Source: Mobula hypostoma (lineage: Eukaryota). From it: DNA of 64,000 nt. The notes beneath the pieces are model-generated. The model was not told the origin of the DNA and ran no database searches. It saw nothing but the letters and a program-made list of their open reading frames with translations. The stretch is taken from positions 36,892,001-36,956,000 of the forward strand of contig NC_086109.1 in NCBI RefSeq assembly GCF_963921235.1, written 5' to 3'. The translations under genes were made by a program, and so were the position numbers. This document shows, piece after piece, positions 25,237 to 37,170 of this stretch (the first letter of the stretch is position 1; each line of letters opens with the position of its first letter).

Positions 25237-25673
25237 CTGTGTGTATTTACCAAGTTTATGCTCATTGTAATTTTATATGCCTTTGTAAGTTCACCTGTCA
25301 ATCTCCAAGTTCCAAGGAATAAAGTCCTTGCTTGCCCAATGTTTCCCTGTAACCCAATCCTTCAAATCCTATCAAAATCCTCATAAATCTTTTCAGTATA
25401 CTTTCCAGCTTTTCGTTTCCTTGGTTTCAAAGTCTGTATCCAGTCAACTGATAAACAGTAATGTACAATTTCCCTTGATTCACATGAAATATGTAGTTAA
25501 ATTAAGAGTGAGGAATTTCATGGCAGCAGAGAGCTGCCCTCACTTGCTGCTAACAGACTTCCTTATGGAAGTCATTCCAAAACAATGGAGAGGACATGTA
25601 TAATGCAGAGATAAAACACCAAAGAATAAAGGCTCAAACAAATTTGAATATGTGTTAAAATTTTAAATGGCGC

Positions 25674-26262
25674 ATGATGAGGTTGTATAAGGCATTGGTG
25701 AGGCCGAATCTGGAGTATTGTGTTCAGTTTTGGTCACCAAATTACAGGAAGGATATAAATAAGGTTGAAAGAGTGCAGAGAAGGTTTACAAGGATGTTGC
25801 CGGGACTTGAGAAACTCAGTTACAGAGGAAGGTTGAATAGGTTAGGACTTTATTCCCTGGAGCGTAGAAGAATGAGGGGAGATTTGATAGAGGTATATAA
25901 AATTATGATGGGTATAGATAGAGTGAATGCAAGCAGGCGTTTTCTACTGAGGCAGGGGGAGAAAAAAACCAGAGGACATGGGTTAAGGGTGAGGGGGGGA
26001 ATGTTTAAAGGGAACATTAGTGGGGGCTTCTTCACGCAGAGAGTGGTGGGAGTATGGAATGAGCTGCCAGACGAGTGGTAAATGCGGGTTCTTTTTTAAC
26101 ATTTAAGAATAAATTGGACAAATACATGGATGGGAGGTGTATGGAGGGATATGGTCCATGTGCAGGTCAGTGGGACTAGGCAGAAAATGGTTCAGCACAA
26201 CCAAGAAGGGCCAAAAGGCCTGTTCTGTGCTGTAGTTTTTCTATGGTTTCTATGGTTTCTAT
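25674..26262 (+). mobile_element. CR1 3' end fragment, same subfamily as 47294-51316
   Basis: MMRLYKALVRPNLEYCVQFWSP..FFTQRVV; (CTATGGTTT)n tail. Confidence 0.93.
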
Positions 26263-26371
26263 TTGATAGATTGGTTTGGACCCAATGAGCAGGATTTCAT
26301 GTGAGATGTTGCTTGAAAAGTTTTCAATAATATTAAGTTAATGAGGGATTGAAAACAGACTTAGAGAGCAC

Positions 26372-26580
26372 CAGTAAATTGCAAATGTCACTCCACTCTT
26401 TATGAAGGAAGAGAGGCAAAAGACGGGAAATTATCGGCCAGTTAGCCTGACTTCAGTGGTTGGCAAGATGCTGGAGTCCAATGTCAAGGATGAGGTCTGG
26501 GATAATAAACCAGTTATGATGGAATGGTGGAGCAGACTCAATGCGCCAATAGTCTAATTTTGCTCCTAGGGTCTTATGGC
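26372..26580 (+). mobile_element. Short CR1 fragments (RT NYRPVSLTS region joined to a 3' end)
   Basis: GCAAATGTCACTCCACTC..GGAAATTATCGGCCAGTTAGCCTGACTTCAGTGGTTGG. Confidence 0.65.
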
Positions 26581-27849
26581 ACTGCAGAATGCAGAAGTGG
26601 CAAAGGAGTGGATGAAAAAAAAACAAAGTGGTCAGGGCTGGTGGGAGAGGTGAGTAGCACACTGCAGAAATGTGTAAACTCACTGTGATGGAAAATTGTA
26701 GAATTCAGATTAGAACCTCAAGTTCTAACAGGATACCAGATCAAAGTGACAGAAGCCTAGTGGAATAGTAACAAGAAATGAGTTGTGATAGGGGCTGAAA
26801 ATGATTGCTTCATAATTTGCAGAGTTAAACTGGAAAGCAATGAAATTCATTTGAATGGATGTCAAAGGCAAACTGATTGACAGCACATGAGTGGGGCAAG
26901 AGAAGCAATGGAATAATTAACCCAGGCATTGCCAGTGTGCATTTTCACTGCTGGTAAAATATGTATACTGGATTCATATTTTTGTTTGCATTCACTTGAA
27001 TGAGTAGTTGGGGCGTATCTAAAAGATGGTAATGAACTGGAGTGTTACCCTGGATTTTGTGTTGACAGTGAAACTTGAACACACAGCTTCTCATATAACG
27101 TTGAATGTGTCATTAAGGTGCACATGCTTTAGAATAATGCTAAGGATTATTTTCCAATATTGATCCATCAATATAAAAATTATGAATTTAAGCCAACAAT
27201 AAAACATCTTTAAATTGCAGATGGAAATACTATTGTGAAGTCAAAAATGCATTAGCTGAGTGGATATATTTTAAAAGGGGAAAGTGCTTAAGTTAATTTT
27301 AACAATACAAAGTTGTTATTATTGTTTAAATTGTGTTATTTCATTTTTATTATTTAAGTTTATCGTATTCATAATTAAGCTTTATACTTGAAAGTAGCTG
27401 AGTTAGATGTGAAAATGTTTATTGTTCTTATTGTGTTCAGAGATACTTTAGAACAGACAATTATGAGAAGAGTTCAAACACTTCAGCAGTTAACGTATCT
27501 ACTTCTGTGCACTTACTTCCAAAGGAATGCATTTTTATAAGAGGAAGTCATGTAAGAAATATTTAAAACCCAATAAAACATTATTAAGAGGTAAGAAGTA
27601 TCTGTCTGTGTATGATAGAGACATTCTTGGTGGCATAAAAAAAATCCCAGCTGTATGCTCTGGCATTTGAAGTTGGATTTTAAAAAATGTGTAACTTTCA
27701 ATTAATTTCAATTAAATGAGTGAAGAGGAATGACAGATTATCAGTAGGGAATTGATTCCGATTTAAAAGACGTTGACATTATGTTTGGTATTAAGGTTTA
27801 AACATTTAATGATATTCATGCTTATTATCTTAGACCATACTACTCTTCT

Positions 27850-27951
27850 TTGTTTTTGGCGTGTGTCTGCGTGCGTGCGTGTCTGTGCGTCTGCGTCTGC
27901 ATGTGCATGCGTGCGTCCGTGATGATTTTTTTTCATGGCTTTTTATAAGGC

Positions 27952-27986
<35 letters not shown>

Positions 27987-28171
27987 CCTCTCAATTCACA
28001 CACAGACATTTTCGCAGTAGTTTTCCCTTATTTTACGAGGTCGAGTTGTGATCTCGACACTCAACCCAGCATGGATGGAAAGTGTACTCGGGAGCAGACC
28101 CGACTGGTTTCAAACCCGGGAACCTCCTCTCCCGTGTCCAGCGCCGATGTCATTGCGCCACCAGCCAGCCC
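27850..28171 (-). mobile_element. tRNA-derived SINE with internal microsatellites and a 17-bp TSD
   Basis: The minus strand starts GGGCTGGCTGGTGGCGCAATGA (A box), has GGTTTGAAACC (B box) and an A-rich end. TSD GACCATAC(T/C)ACTCTTCT at 27833-27849 and 28172-28188. Confidence 0.88.
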
Positions 28172-29574
28172 GACCATACCACTCTTCTGAAGAAAAGATC
28201 ACAAACCTTTTTTCATGCTGGACAGATCCTCATATATCATTAGCACTAAAATAAGTTGTCAGGAGAATTGATAACCTAACAATCCAAAGTGGGGTGATTT
28301 GGATAAAATTGGGCAATCTTGTCCAATTTTTACAGTCATTGTTCCGAGTTATTGTGAAGTAATCAGCCGTAAAATGACATTTATATTTCTTTAAATAAAT
28401 GGACAAATGGCTTGAACACAAATACCTTCTGCATGTTTAAGCCTTATTTTTCTCAAATTTGACAACCTGTTCTAAATTAAAATAACAATGCTCATTCCTA
28501 AAATGTTTGAAATTCCAGTTATTCTTTCAGCACAACTCAGTATTTGCCTTTGAGGTTTTCAGTCACTCAATATTTCAAAAAGTATTCATGCAAAGGAACA
28601 ATTGCCTATACTTCCTTGTATATATTTTTATATGTATTATAGAATTCAATTTTTCTATAAATTTAGTTTATTTAAACAAATGTTAAACGTAGTGTTCACA
28701 TGAACTGCAAGATAGATAACATGTCAAGATTTTCATAATACATGGAAGCACAGTGCTGTGCATAACCTTGACAAAAGTCTATTCCCAATCCACCACATTA
28801 ACGTTCATATATGATGTCTATATTTCAGTTTCAATTTATTTTTTTCTATGATAATTCTTCCATTTTCAGAATGTTTCATCCTCTTGTTAGATGTAGCATA
28901 ACTGAACAGTCTAACTAGGGTCATTACAACAAATCTTGAGTATGAATCAACCCTAAATGTTAAGTCCCTGTGGAGTTCATAATACCCATTATAAAGAAAG
29001 ACATAGGCAAGTGCTATTTTAATAATGAATCTGAAACTATTTCCCAGTAGGTTTCCTCTTCTTCAGCCTTTTCACAATTTCTCTATAAATGTTCTGCATC
29101 AGTATTTCGAGCCGGTTGCTTACCATTATGCTAATGCAAGGCTCTATGACCATTATATATTAAAAAAAAATCAATCTCTAAAATAAGTAGGGGGCAGTAT
29201 TTTGGGGAGAGGGGAATTTCTTCTGAAGGTCTGACTAAACATAACTTCTGCACCTTCCAGTTATGATTTGTTTTTAAATTGGAATATTGGCATCTCAATT
29301 TAGGTTCCATTTTCCAATCACTTCTTCATTTATCCAGCAGTGGCCTCTTCTGTGGGATTAAGATTGGCATCACTATGAAATCCCCTGACCCTTGTGTCAG
29401 CAAATGACCTCACTACTGAATCCTACAGCAGCAAGCTGGGGCAGCACAGTTAGACGATTGTCTCGTAGAGGCTTATCTATGCTCTGTGCTTACCAGACAC
29501 AGCCTATCCCAGACTAAATCCTGAATGTCCGATGAGAAGACAAGAACATAAGGAATAAAAGCAGAAGAAACCTA

Positions 29575-30495
29575 ATTCAAAGTTTCAAAGTATTATACAT
29601 TTACTATTGAGATATGTATGCAGCACACAATCCTAAAATTTGTCTTTATGAAGGCAGCCATGAAACAAAGAAACACCATAGAACCATTTAAAACACCATT
29701 TAAAGAAAATCCCCACACAACAAGGACCCTCAAACACTCAATACATGAAAAGAAAATCATGAAAAATGCAAGCAAATAACACACAGAACATTAAACCTCA
29801 AGTGGCAGATTCCCCAAAATGGTTTAGGAGCCACAGCCACTAAGTCAGCCAGTTCAACACCGTGTGAATGGCTGTTGACCACAGCGCACAGAGCCAGTTC
29901 TATGCTGAAGCACCTTGATCAAATCACACAAGTCGTAAAAAAGAGTAAACAGAAACACATAGGTCATGAACTGTGGGGTTCCCAAAAGTGGGCCCACAGC
30001 CGTGAAGCGCATTCAACACTGAGGACATTAAACACCAAACCACAGAGTTCCCTGAAAATGAATCCATGACCACGAATCACCGAGGTGATTGAACCTTGCA
30101 AATGTGGGGTTCAAGACCCCTGCAGCTTCTGGCAGAGGCAACAAGAGGGAAACGGGTCAAAGGCGGGCAGATGGCGCTGATCACTCATGTGTTTTCCACT
30201 CTCATCCTCAGCGATTTGAATCTTGCTCGGCGCTTTAATTAGAGCGAAGTAAAGGAGCCAAGCACACCATTAGTGTTCCGTCATTAGGGATCGATGGTCA
30301 ACTCTGCACACTCTACTCTCAACCTTGTCGAATCCCCCAGGAAATTGCAAAAGTGTCAGTTCAAAAATACATCCTTGAGATGGAAATTACAGGCTACAAT
30401 CGATTGCAGTTCAGAAGATGTATATTTTAAAAAAGAAGAGAATTTAGTGAGCTGTCTTCACGATTTTGCCATTGGTCATTGGTGGTATTTGACCT
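29575..30495 (-). mobile_element. Non-coding retroposon with a Rex1-like 3' tail, related at its terminus to 8153-8920
   Basis: AAGTTTCAAAG..TACATTTACTATTGAGATATGTATGCAGCACACAATCCTAAAATT resembles 8153-8215. The boundaries are approximate. Confidence 0.45.
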
Positions 30496-31424
30496 CTTGT
30501 GCCTGCTCTGCCATTCACTGTGGCAATGGCAACTTTTTAGCTTCTTGTTTCTATGCTGCACTAACCTGATATCCATTGAGTTGTTTAATATCTAAAAATG
30601 TATTATTTTCTATCTTGGACAGGGATGATTCCTTATTTTGAGACAATGAACTAAGGTTGTTAACACAAAAGCATCAACTCTGCATCTACTCAGTCAAGCT
30701 CTCAAAGAATCCAATTTGTTTTAATCAGGTCACCTCTTGTTTTAAATTCAAGAGAATATAACACTAGTCTGTTTAGTTTCACCTCAAATAGCAAACATAT
30801 AATCCCATGAATGATTGTAGTTAATATTCGCTCCACTCAATCTTTCGCAAAGATGCTCTTCTTTCGGATTTATGCACAATGTTTCAGGTGTGATCCCACC
30901 AAACTTTATAGAATTGGAGTAAGAGCTCCTTAACCTTGCATTCAAAACCTCTTCCATAAAGATAATATATTGTTTGTCTTCCTAATTGTTTGTTGTATCT
31001 GCATCCTATCATTCAGAGATCTATGAACCAGAGCATTCAGTTCCCTTTTTACAACAACAACTTTAAAAATTTTATTAATTAAAAACATGTTCAATTTTAT
31101 ATTTTTTGGTATTATATTTCATCTGCCATGTCCATGACAATTTGTTTAGCCTGACTAAGTCCCTGAAGGCACTTTAAATCCTATAAAGCCTTTATTGGCA
31201 ACTTCCTGTAACTAATAAAGTGGTCAATGAGTGTATGTTCATGGCCTGCTGCTGCTGTAGCCCATTTGCTTCATGGTTATGCGTTTAGAGATGCTCTTCT
31301 GTACACCATGGTTGTAATGTGTTGCTTTTTGAGTTACTGTTGCCTTCCTGTCAGCTTGAAACAGTCTGGCTATTCTCCTCTGACCTCTCTCATCAAGCAT
31401 TTTTCACCCATAGAACTGCAGCTC

Positions 31425-32705
31425 ACGACTTTGATTGGCCTTATCTCTAGCTGTAATGAGACAGCCTACCGAGGAGAGGTCGGCCCCCTGACACAGTGGT
31501 ACCAGGATAACAACCTCTCCCTCAATGTCCAAAATACAAAAGAGCTGATTGTGGATTAAAAGAGGAACGGAGGCAGGCTCAGCCCGATCAACGTCAATGG
31601 GTCTGCAGTTGAGAGACTGAGTCGCTTCAAGTTCCTTGGTATACACATTACCGACAGTCTCGGGAGGAGAAGATGGCGGTGCGACACAGCTTCTCTGCTG
31701 CTGCTACTGTGTGGTCCAGAATCTCCGGAGGAGAAGGCCCTGAGTCCTCGGCTTTGCTTGTTGCTCAGCGGCCGGGGCAGGGTCGAAGCGCTCGGCAGAG
31801 GATGGTGCTCGGAGAGGCTGTGTCAGAGGCTCGAAGTTTTTGGACGGGCTCAGAGTCAGCTACGGTCAGGCGCTTCCAATGGTGCTGCATCGGCAAGTTG
31901 GCGGTGCTTGGAAGTTTGTGGCAACGAGAGTTCCTCCCTTCTGCCGCCTGCATGAGATGATGAGTCTATCGGGACTTTGAGACTTTTTTTTACTGTGCCC
32001 ATGGTCTGCACTTTATCAAATGATGGTATTGCTTTGCACTGTTGTAACTATATGTTATAATTAAGTGGTTTTGTCAGTTTTAGTCTTGGTTTGTCCTGTG
32101 TTTTCTTGTGATATTATTCTGGAGGAACGTTGTATCATTTTTTAATGCTTACATTTCTAAATGACAATAAATGAGGACTGAGTGCCCTCATAATTTAATC
32201 TCGCCTGGACTGTACACACCATCTTTGTCCCAAAAAAACCTCAACAGCATCTCTTCCACCTCAGACAACTGAAGAAGTTTGGCATCCGCCTCCAAATCCT
32301 CAAGACTTTCTTCAGGGACACCATTGAGAGCATCCTGACTGGTTGTGTATCACCGTCTGGTATGGGAACTGCACCAACCTTGATCACTGGGCACTGCTGA
32401 GAGTGGTACAGACAGCCCAGTGCATCTGTCTTCTCTCCATTGAGGACATTTATGGCAGCAGGTGCAGAACGAAGGCCTGGAAGATCATCAGGGACACCAG
32501 TCACCCCAATCATAAACTGTTTCAGCTCCTTCTGTTTGACAAATGCTACTGTAGCATTAAAGCCAGGACCAACAGGCTACAAGACAGCTTATTTCTACAA
32601 GCCATTAGACTTTTAAATTCACCTGCCTGTACATTGCAACAAAGTCATAATGCAAAGACTCCCTCATGTTGTGGGATGGATGTAAGATTTAAATAAATTA
32701 TAATT
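31425..32705 (+). mobile_element. Rex1/Babar-like LINE 3' portion nested in the TIR element
   Basis: TTLIGLIS..ETAYRGEV..NNLSLNVQNTKELIVD, FLGIHIT, CITVWYGNC..IIRDTSHPNHKLFQLL. Confidence 0.85.
31663..32198 (+). mobile_element. Non-autonomous retroposon with a GGAGAAGATGGCG head; copy 2, nested in Rex1
   Basis: TSD TCTCG at 31658-31662 and 32199-32203. The host frame ITDSL|AWTVHT rejoins when the element is removed. Confidence 0.85.
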
Positions 32706-32780
32706 ATAATTCTTTTTTTCTGTTTTCATACCAGTCTTTGTAAACTCTAGAGTTGGTTGTGTGTGAAAATCCCAGGAGAT

Positions 32781-33160
32781 TATGCCCACTTCTCACTGTT
32801 ATCATCAGGAAGGAGGTATAGGAGCCTGAAGGCACACATCTAGCCTCTCAGGAACAGTTTCTTTCCCTCTGTTTTCTGATTTTGGAATGGATAGTGAATC
32901 CATGAACACTACCTTACTACTTTTTTTTATTTCTGTTTTTGCTCTGCTTATTTAATTTAACTATTTGATATACATATATATACTTACTGTAACTTTGTTT
33001 TCCCCTAAATTATTATGTATTGCATTGTACTGCAAAGTTAGCAAATTTCATGACATATTAAAGCAATACACATCAAATGTTAAAGGAACTCAGCAGGCCA
33101 GGCAACCTCTATGGAAAAGAGTACAGTTGTCGTTTCCAGCATCTGCAGATTTTTTCTTGC
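32781..33160 (+). mobile_element. Rex1-like 3' end (32781-33056) followed by a Penelope-like terminal fragment
   Basis: CATCAGGAAGGAGGTATAGGAGCCTGAAG..AACAGTTTCTTTCCC, then AAGCAATACACATCAAA..CAGCAGGCCAGGCA. Confidence 0.65.
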
Positions 33161-36100
33161 CAGTGGTATTAAATCTGTTTCTGATTCTGAGTTTCTGAGA
33201 TGCTCAAGCTGCTCCAACTGTCACTAACAATCATTCCATGGTCAAAGTCACTTAGATCACATTTCTTCCCCTTTCTGATGTTTGGTCTGTACAACATCTG
33301 AACGTCTTGACCATGACTGCATGCTTTTATACAATTGAGTTTCTGCAACTGATTGGCTGATTAGATATTTGCATTAATGAGCAGCAGTACATTATACCTA
33401 ACAAAATGTCCACTAAGTGTATATTGTACCATCAGCAAACTTGGATATATCACAGTTGTTCCCCACATAAAAATCATTGCTATAGGTTGTGACAAACTGA
33501 AGCCAAAGTATCAATTCTCAACTGCTGCTAAAACTCACTTTGCCATTCCCCTTGAATAAATGTGTGATACACAAAGATTTCTGGGAACCTCTGACCCATC
33601 ACTGCTCTAAGTGATGGAATATTCAATGTGGCACTAAGAACCTTGAAGCCATGTATCAAAGGACACTGCAGTCCTGTGTTAACGACAGAAGGAGCACGTC
33701 ACCTCACAAACTACCTACCCGATCAGACATCTACCATCCTGTCTGAGGAAGAACCTGCAGTTCCTACACTGGTCTCGTGAAACACCTCCAAATCCACCGA
33801 ACTGCAGCACAACCAAGTCATCATGATCATCTTTAGACAGCTCACTTCAGAAGTAGAAGGAACAATCCTTGAAACATTCCATAGCCCCCAATCTAAAAAT
33901 AATGCACTCATTCCTTTTTATTACTTTCTGAACCATTAACCAATTATCAATCGATTTCAGTCTACTACCTTCAAAGTTCTTTGTGCACTAATGCTGTATA
34001 ATTAGTTCTTATGTAGGACCTAATCAAAGAGCACCAGAAAATCTAAATTCACCAAATCAATTGGTTTGCTCTTGTATATTCTTCCAGCTACAAGCTCAAA
34101 GAATTCCAACAGGTTTGTCAAACATGATTTCCCAATCATAAAACCATGCCGACTCTGCCCAATCCTAAGCATTTTTTAAGCACTTCTTTAATAAATGATT
34201 CTTATTTTCTCGACTCCTGGGATCAGGCATGAGGCATCCCATGTGACTTAGACCATCAAACTGAATGGTTCTGATAGCCATTATGTGTAGCATCTTCTTG
34301 GCTGGGGTCTACCTTGAAGGCTCCTGACTGACTAATTTAGAAAGACATGCACCAGGTTTGAAGGGCTTTCCAAGCATTAGATTGATCAGTCATTTATGTT
34401 GTTTAACTTTTTAGCTGCTTCCTGGTTCACAGAGGGTACAATTGTTGCAGGAGCCATTCCACTCTCAGCTGGTATCTCAGGCAGTTGACTGATGATATTT
34501 GCATGGAAGTTCTTCTCATTTCCCCTGAGAAATGGATAATGAGGCTGAACAATTAACCTTTCGGCTTTTCTAAATTACAGGAGAGATTTATGGCAGTCAT
34601 ATACCCATCAACAAGACAATCACAGCCCAGCTGTCTCCATGCTTTCAAAAAGTTAGCTAAAAATTATTTTGGCTTTGATTTGAAGCCAGAAGGGCCATAA
34701 ATATTTCACTTTGTATTGTATTGGATTACGAGAAGGGTCAAACATAGTGAATTATTCTGCTGTTCACATTCTACTAGGGAATTGCACAGTTAAGTGATAA
34801 GACTCAGAGGAAACACTTTGTCTAATGAGAACATAGTGACAGGAGCAGAAGGCTATTGGTCATGGAGCATGTTCTGCTATTCATTGTCATCTTGTTCAAA
34901 TGTCTGACTTAAAAATATTCAATGATTTTGCCACTGCAACTCATGGGAGTAATGAATTTCAAAGATTTATGACTCACTGACAGAGGAAATTCCTCCTCAT
35001 CCCCTTCTCAAATGGACAATGATTTATGGTAAAGCTCTGCATACTAGACCCAGGTGATTCTTCTGTTAGTGTAGATGTGTGAATCTGTTAACATAGACAT
35101 GGCAAGATGTAGGGGTTGTTTCTACTCTCTGTGACTTTATCACTCTATCTTATAATGCACAATGTTCTGTGAAGCCTGCTATATGTAATAATAATATGCT
35201 TTTAGAAGGCTGGAAAATCTAGATTTGGAGGCTCACAGTCAAGGGCACTGAGAAGATTTGAAGTTGGAAAGATTGGTTCAATGAATATTTTAATGCTGAA
35301 TATTTATCACCAAGGTGTCTGTCCTATTTCATGGAAGTACTGCCAGGTGATATGTACGTAACACCACAATGTGAGATTGGCTTATCCATTTATCATAAAT
35401 ATAGATCTTTTTATTTTTATTTCACACAACATGCATTAATTCACTTACTGAAAATATTAAAAGCTAATTCAATGCAACAATCTAGAAATAGTTATAAAGA
35501 GGATCTCAGGTCTTAGATCATAAAATGGTAAATCAACTTGCAAGAAGGTAACATCAGGACATCATTTCATATATTTTATGTGGATGTAATCTGGAACACA
35601 TTGCCTAAAATGACAGTGAAAGAAATAGAATACTGACAGTCAAAGAAGAAATGGATAATTATTTAAAAGAGATAAACAGCACTAGGCCAAGGAGAAAGAG
35701 TATGGGATAGGAGATAGAATAGGCAATTCTGGCTGAATAGTCTTTTTCCATTATGCATCATTCTTTAAATTTCTACAGATATAAATACGGAGAACAATTA
35801 AACAATTTGTTTTTGAAATTTTCTCTCCTCAGCTGATTTATGAATCAGGATGAACTGAATGCTTTCTCATACCAGTGTCATTTCTCTCATGGTGACAACA
35901 CTTCTGCACACCTGGATTACTGAACTCCTGAGCCTTAGTGTATGTAACCTCTATGAAGCAAACACAAGCATAGAAAAGTAGAACTCACTGCACTTTCCTC
36001 CTATTTAACAGACCAACACCTCTCTAAATGTTGGTGTTTTTGTTTGTCAGTAGTGTGAAATGCTATAATCCATTGTTCTGTTTTGCTTGTATCAATGGCA

Positions 36101-36504
36101 ATGTTTAGTCAGATAACTATTAAAAAATCAATTTTAGCTTTTAAACATCAATTCTGGTGACTCCAAAGTTTCTCACAATAAACTATGGGTTTTCAAACTG
36201 TAGGCAATAGTTCAGGAATAAGGGATACAGCCACCCACAAAGTAGAAAAGGAACATAATTATATAAGCTAATAGTTGTTTTAATCATTATTTATAACTAG
36301 GTAGGAGAATGTGCAGGGGTGGGGGCAAGCTCAATAAACAAAAATCTCTCTGAAACAGGATACAAGAGAAAACATTGCCAACATCTGTCATGAATAATGA
36401 GCTTTCCTCTGAAAAGAAAATAGAGAATGAAGAATGATAAGAGTGAAGAGTTATTTCTTAAACAGATTATACAAAAATAGTCAGCAATGAAAAAGAAACA
36501 GAAA

Positions 36505-37170
36505 GCATCTGGCCTAGGTGGGATACCTGGCTGAGTATTAAAGATCTGTTCTGATCAACTGGCTGGAGTATCAACTGAGATCTTTTACGTCTCACTTTGG
36601 TAGTCTGAGGTACCCACCTGCTTCAAGCAGGCTTCAATTATACCGGTGCCTAAGAAAAGTGTAATAACTTGCCTCACTGACTATCATCCAGTGATGAAGT
36701 GTTTTGAGAGGCTGGTGAAGAAACATATCAACTCCTGCTTGAGAAGTAATTCATTTCAATATGGCACAAAAGCTCCACAGCAGATGCCATTTCAGCAGCT
36801 CTTCACTCAACCCTGGAACATCTGGATAATAAAAATGCATACATCAGGATGCTTTTTTATTGACTATCGTTCGGCATTCAGTCCTATCTTCCCCTCAAAA
36901 CTGATCAACAAGCTTCAAGATCTTGCACTCCTTGTGCAATTGGATCCTCAATTTCCTCACTTGCAGACCCCAGTCGGATTTAGATTGGCAACAACATCTC
37001 CTCCATAATCTCCATCAGCACAGGTGCACCACCCTGTCCATCCTGTTGATATGGTCTTTCACTGAATCTATTACGGTTATTGGATTTACTGAGTATGTCC
37101 AACGCAAATTAATCTCTGGGTTGTACATGGTGACATATATGTACTTTGATAATAAATCTACCTTTAAATT
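36505..37170 (+). mobile_element. Rex1/Babar-like RT fragment joined to a 3' tail (internally deleted)
   Basis: VPKKSVITCLTDYHPVMKCFERLVKKHI..LCNWILNFLTCRPQS..STGAP. Confidence 0.8.

Larger units (their letters stand above)
20575..25400 (-). mobile_element. Old CR1 3' fragment split by the Gypsy insertion (pieces 20575-20863 and 25237-25400)
   Basis: The flanks read as a continuous minus-strand CR1 RT C-terminus (GGAATAAAGTCC, AATTTTATATGCC, CCCCTCTCACCTTAAA). Confidence 0.6.
31190..33421 (+). mobile_element. Non-autonomous TIR element, copy 2, with nested insertions
   Basis: CTAATAAAGTGGTCAATGAGTGTA..CTGCTGCTGTAGCCCAT..GAAAATCCCAGGAGAT..GATTGGCTGATTAGATATTTGCATTAATGA..CCACTAAGTGTA is colinear with copy 1. 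Confidence 0.7.

Noticed and set aside
28090..28171. tRNA gene
   Set aside because: The A/B boxes belong to a SINE head with a tail and TSD, and no full cloverleaf is evident.
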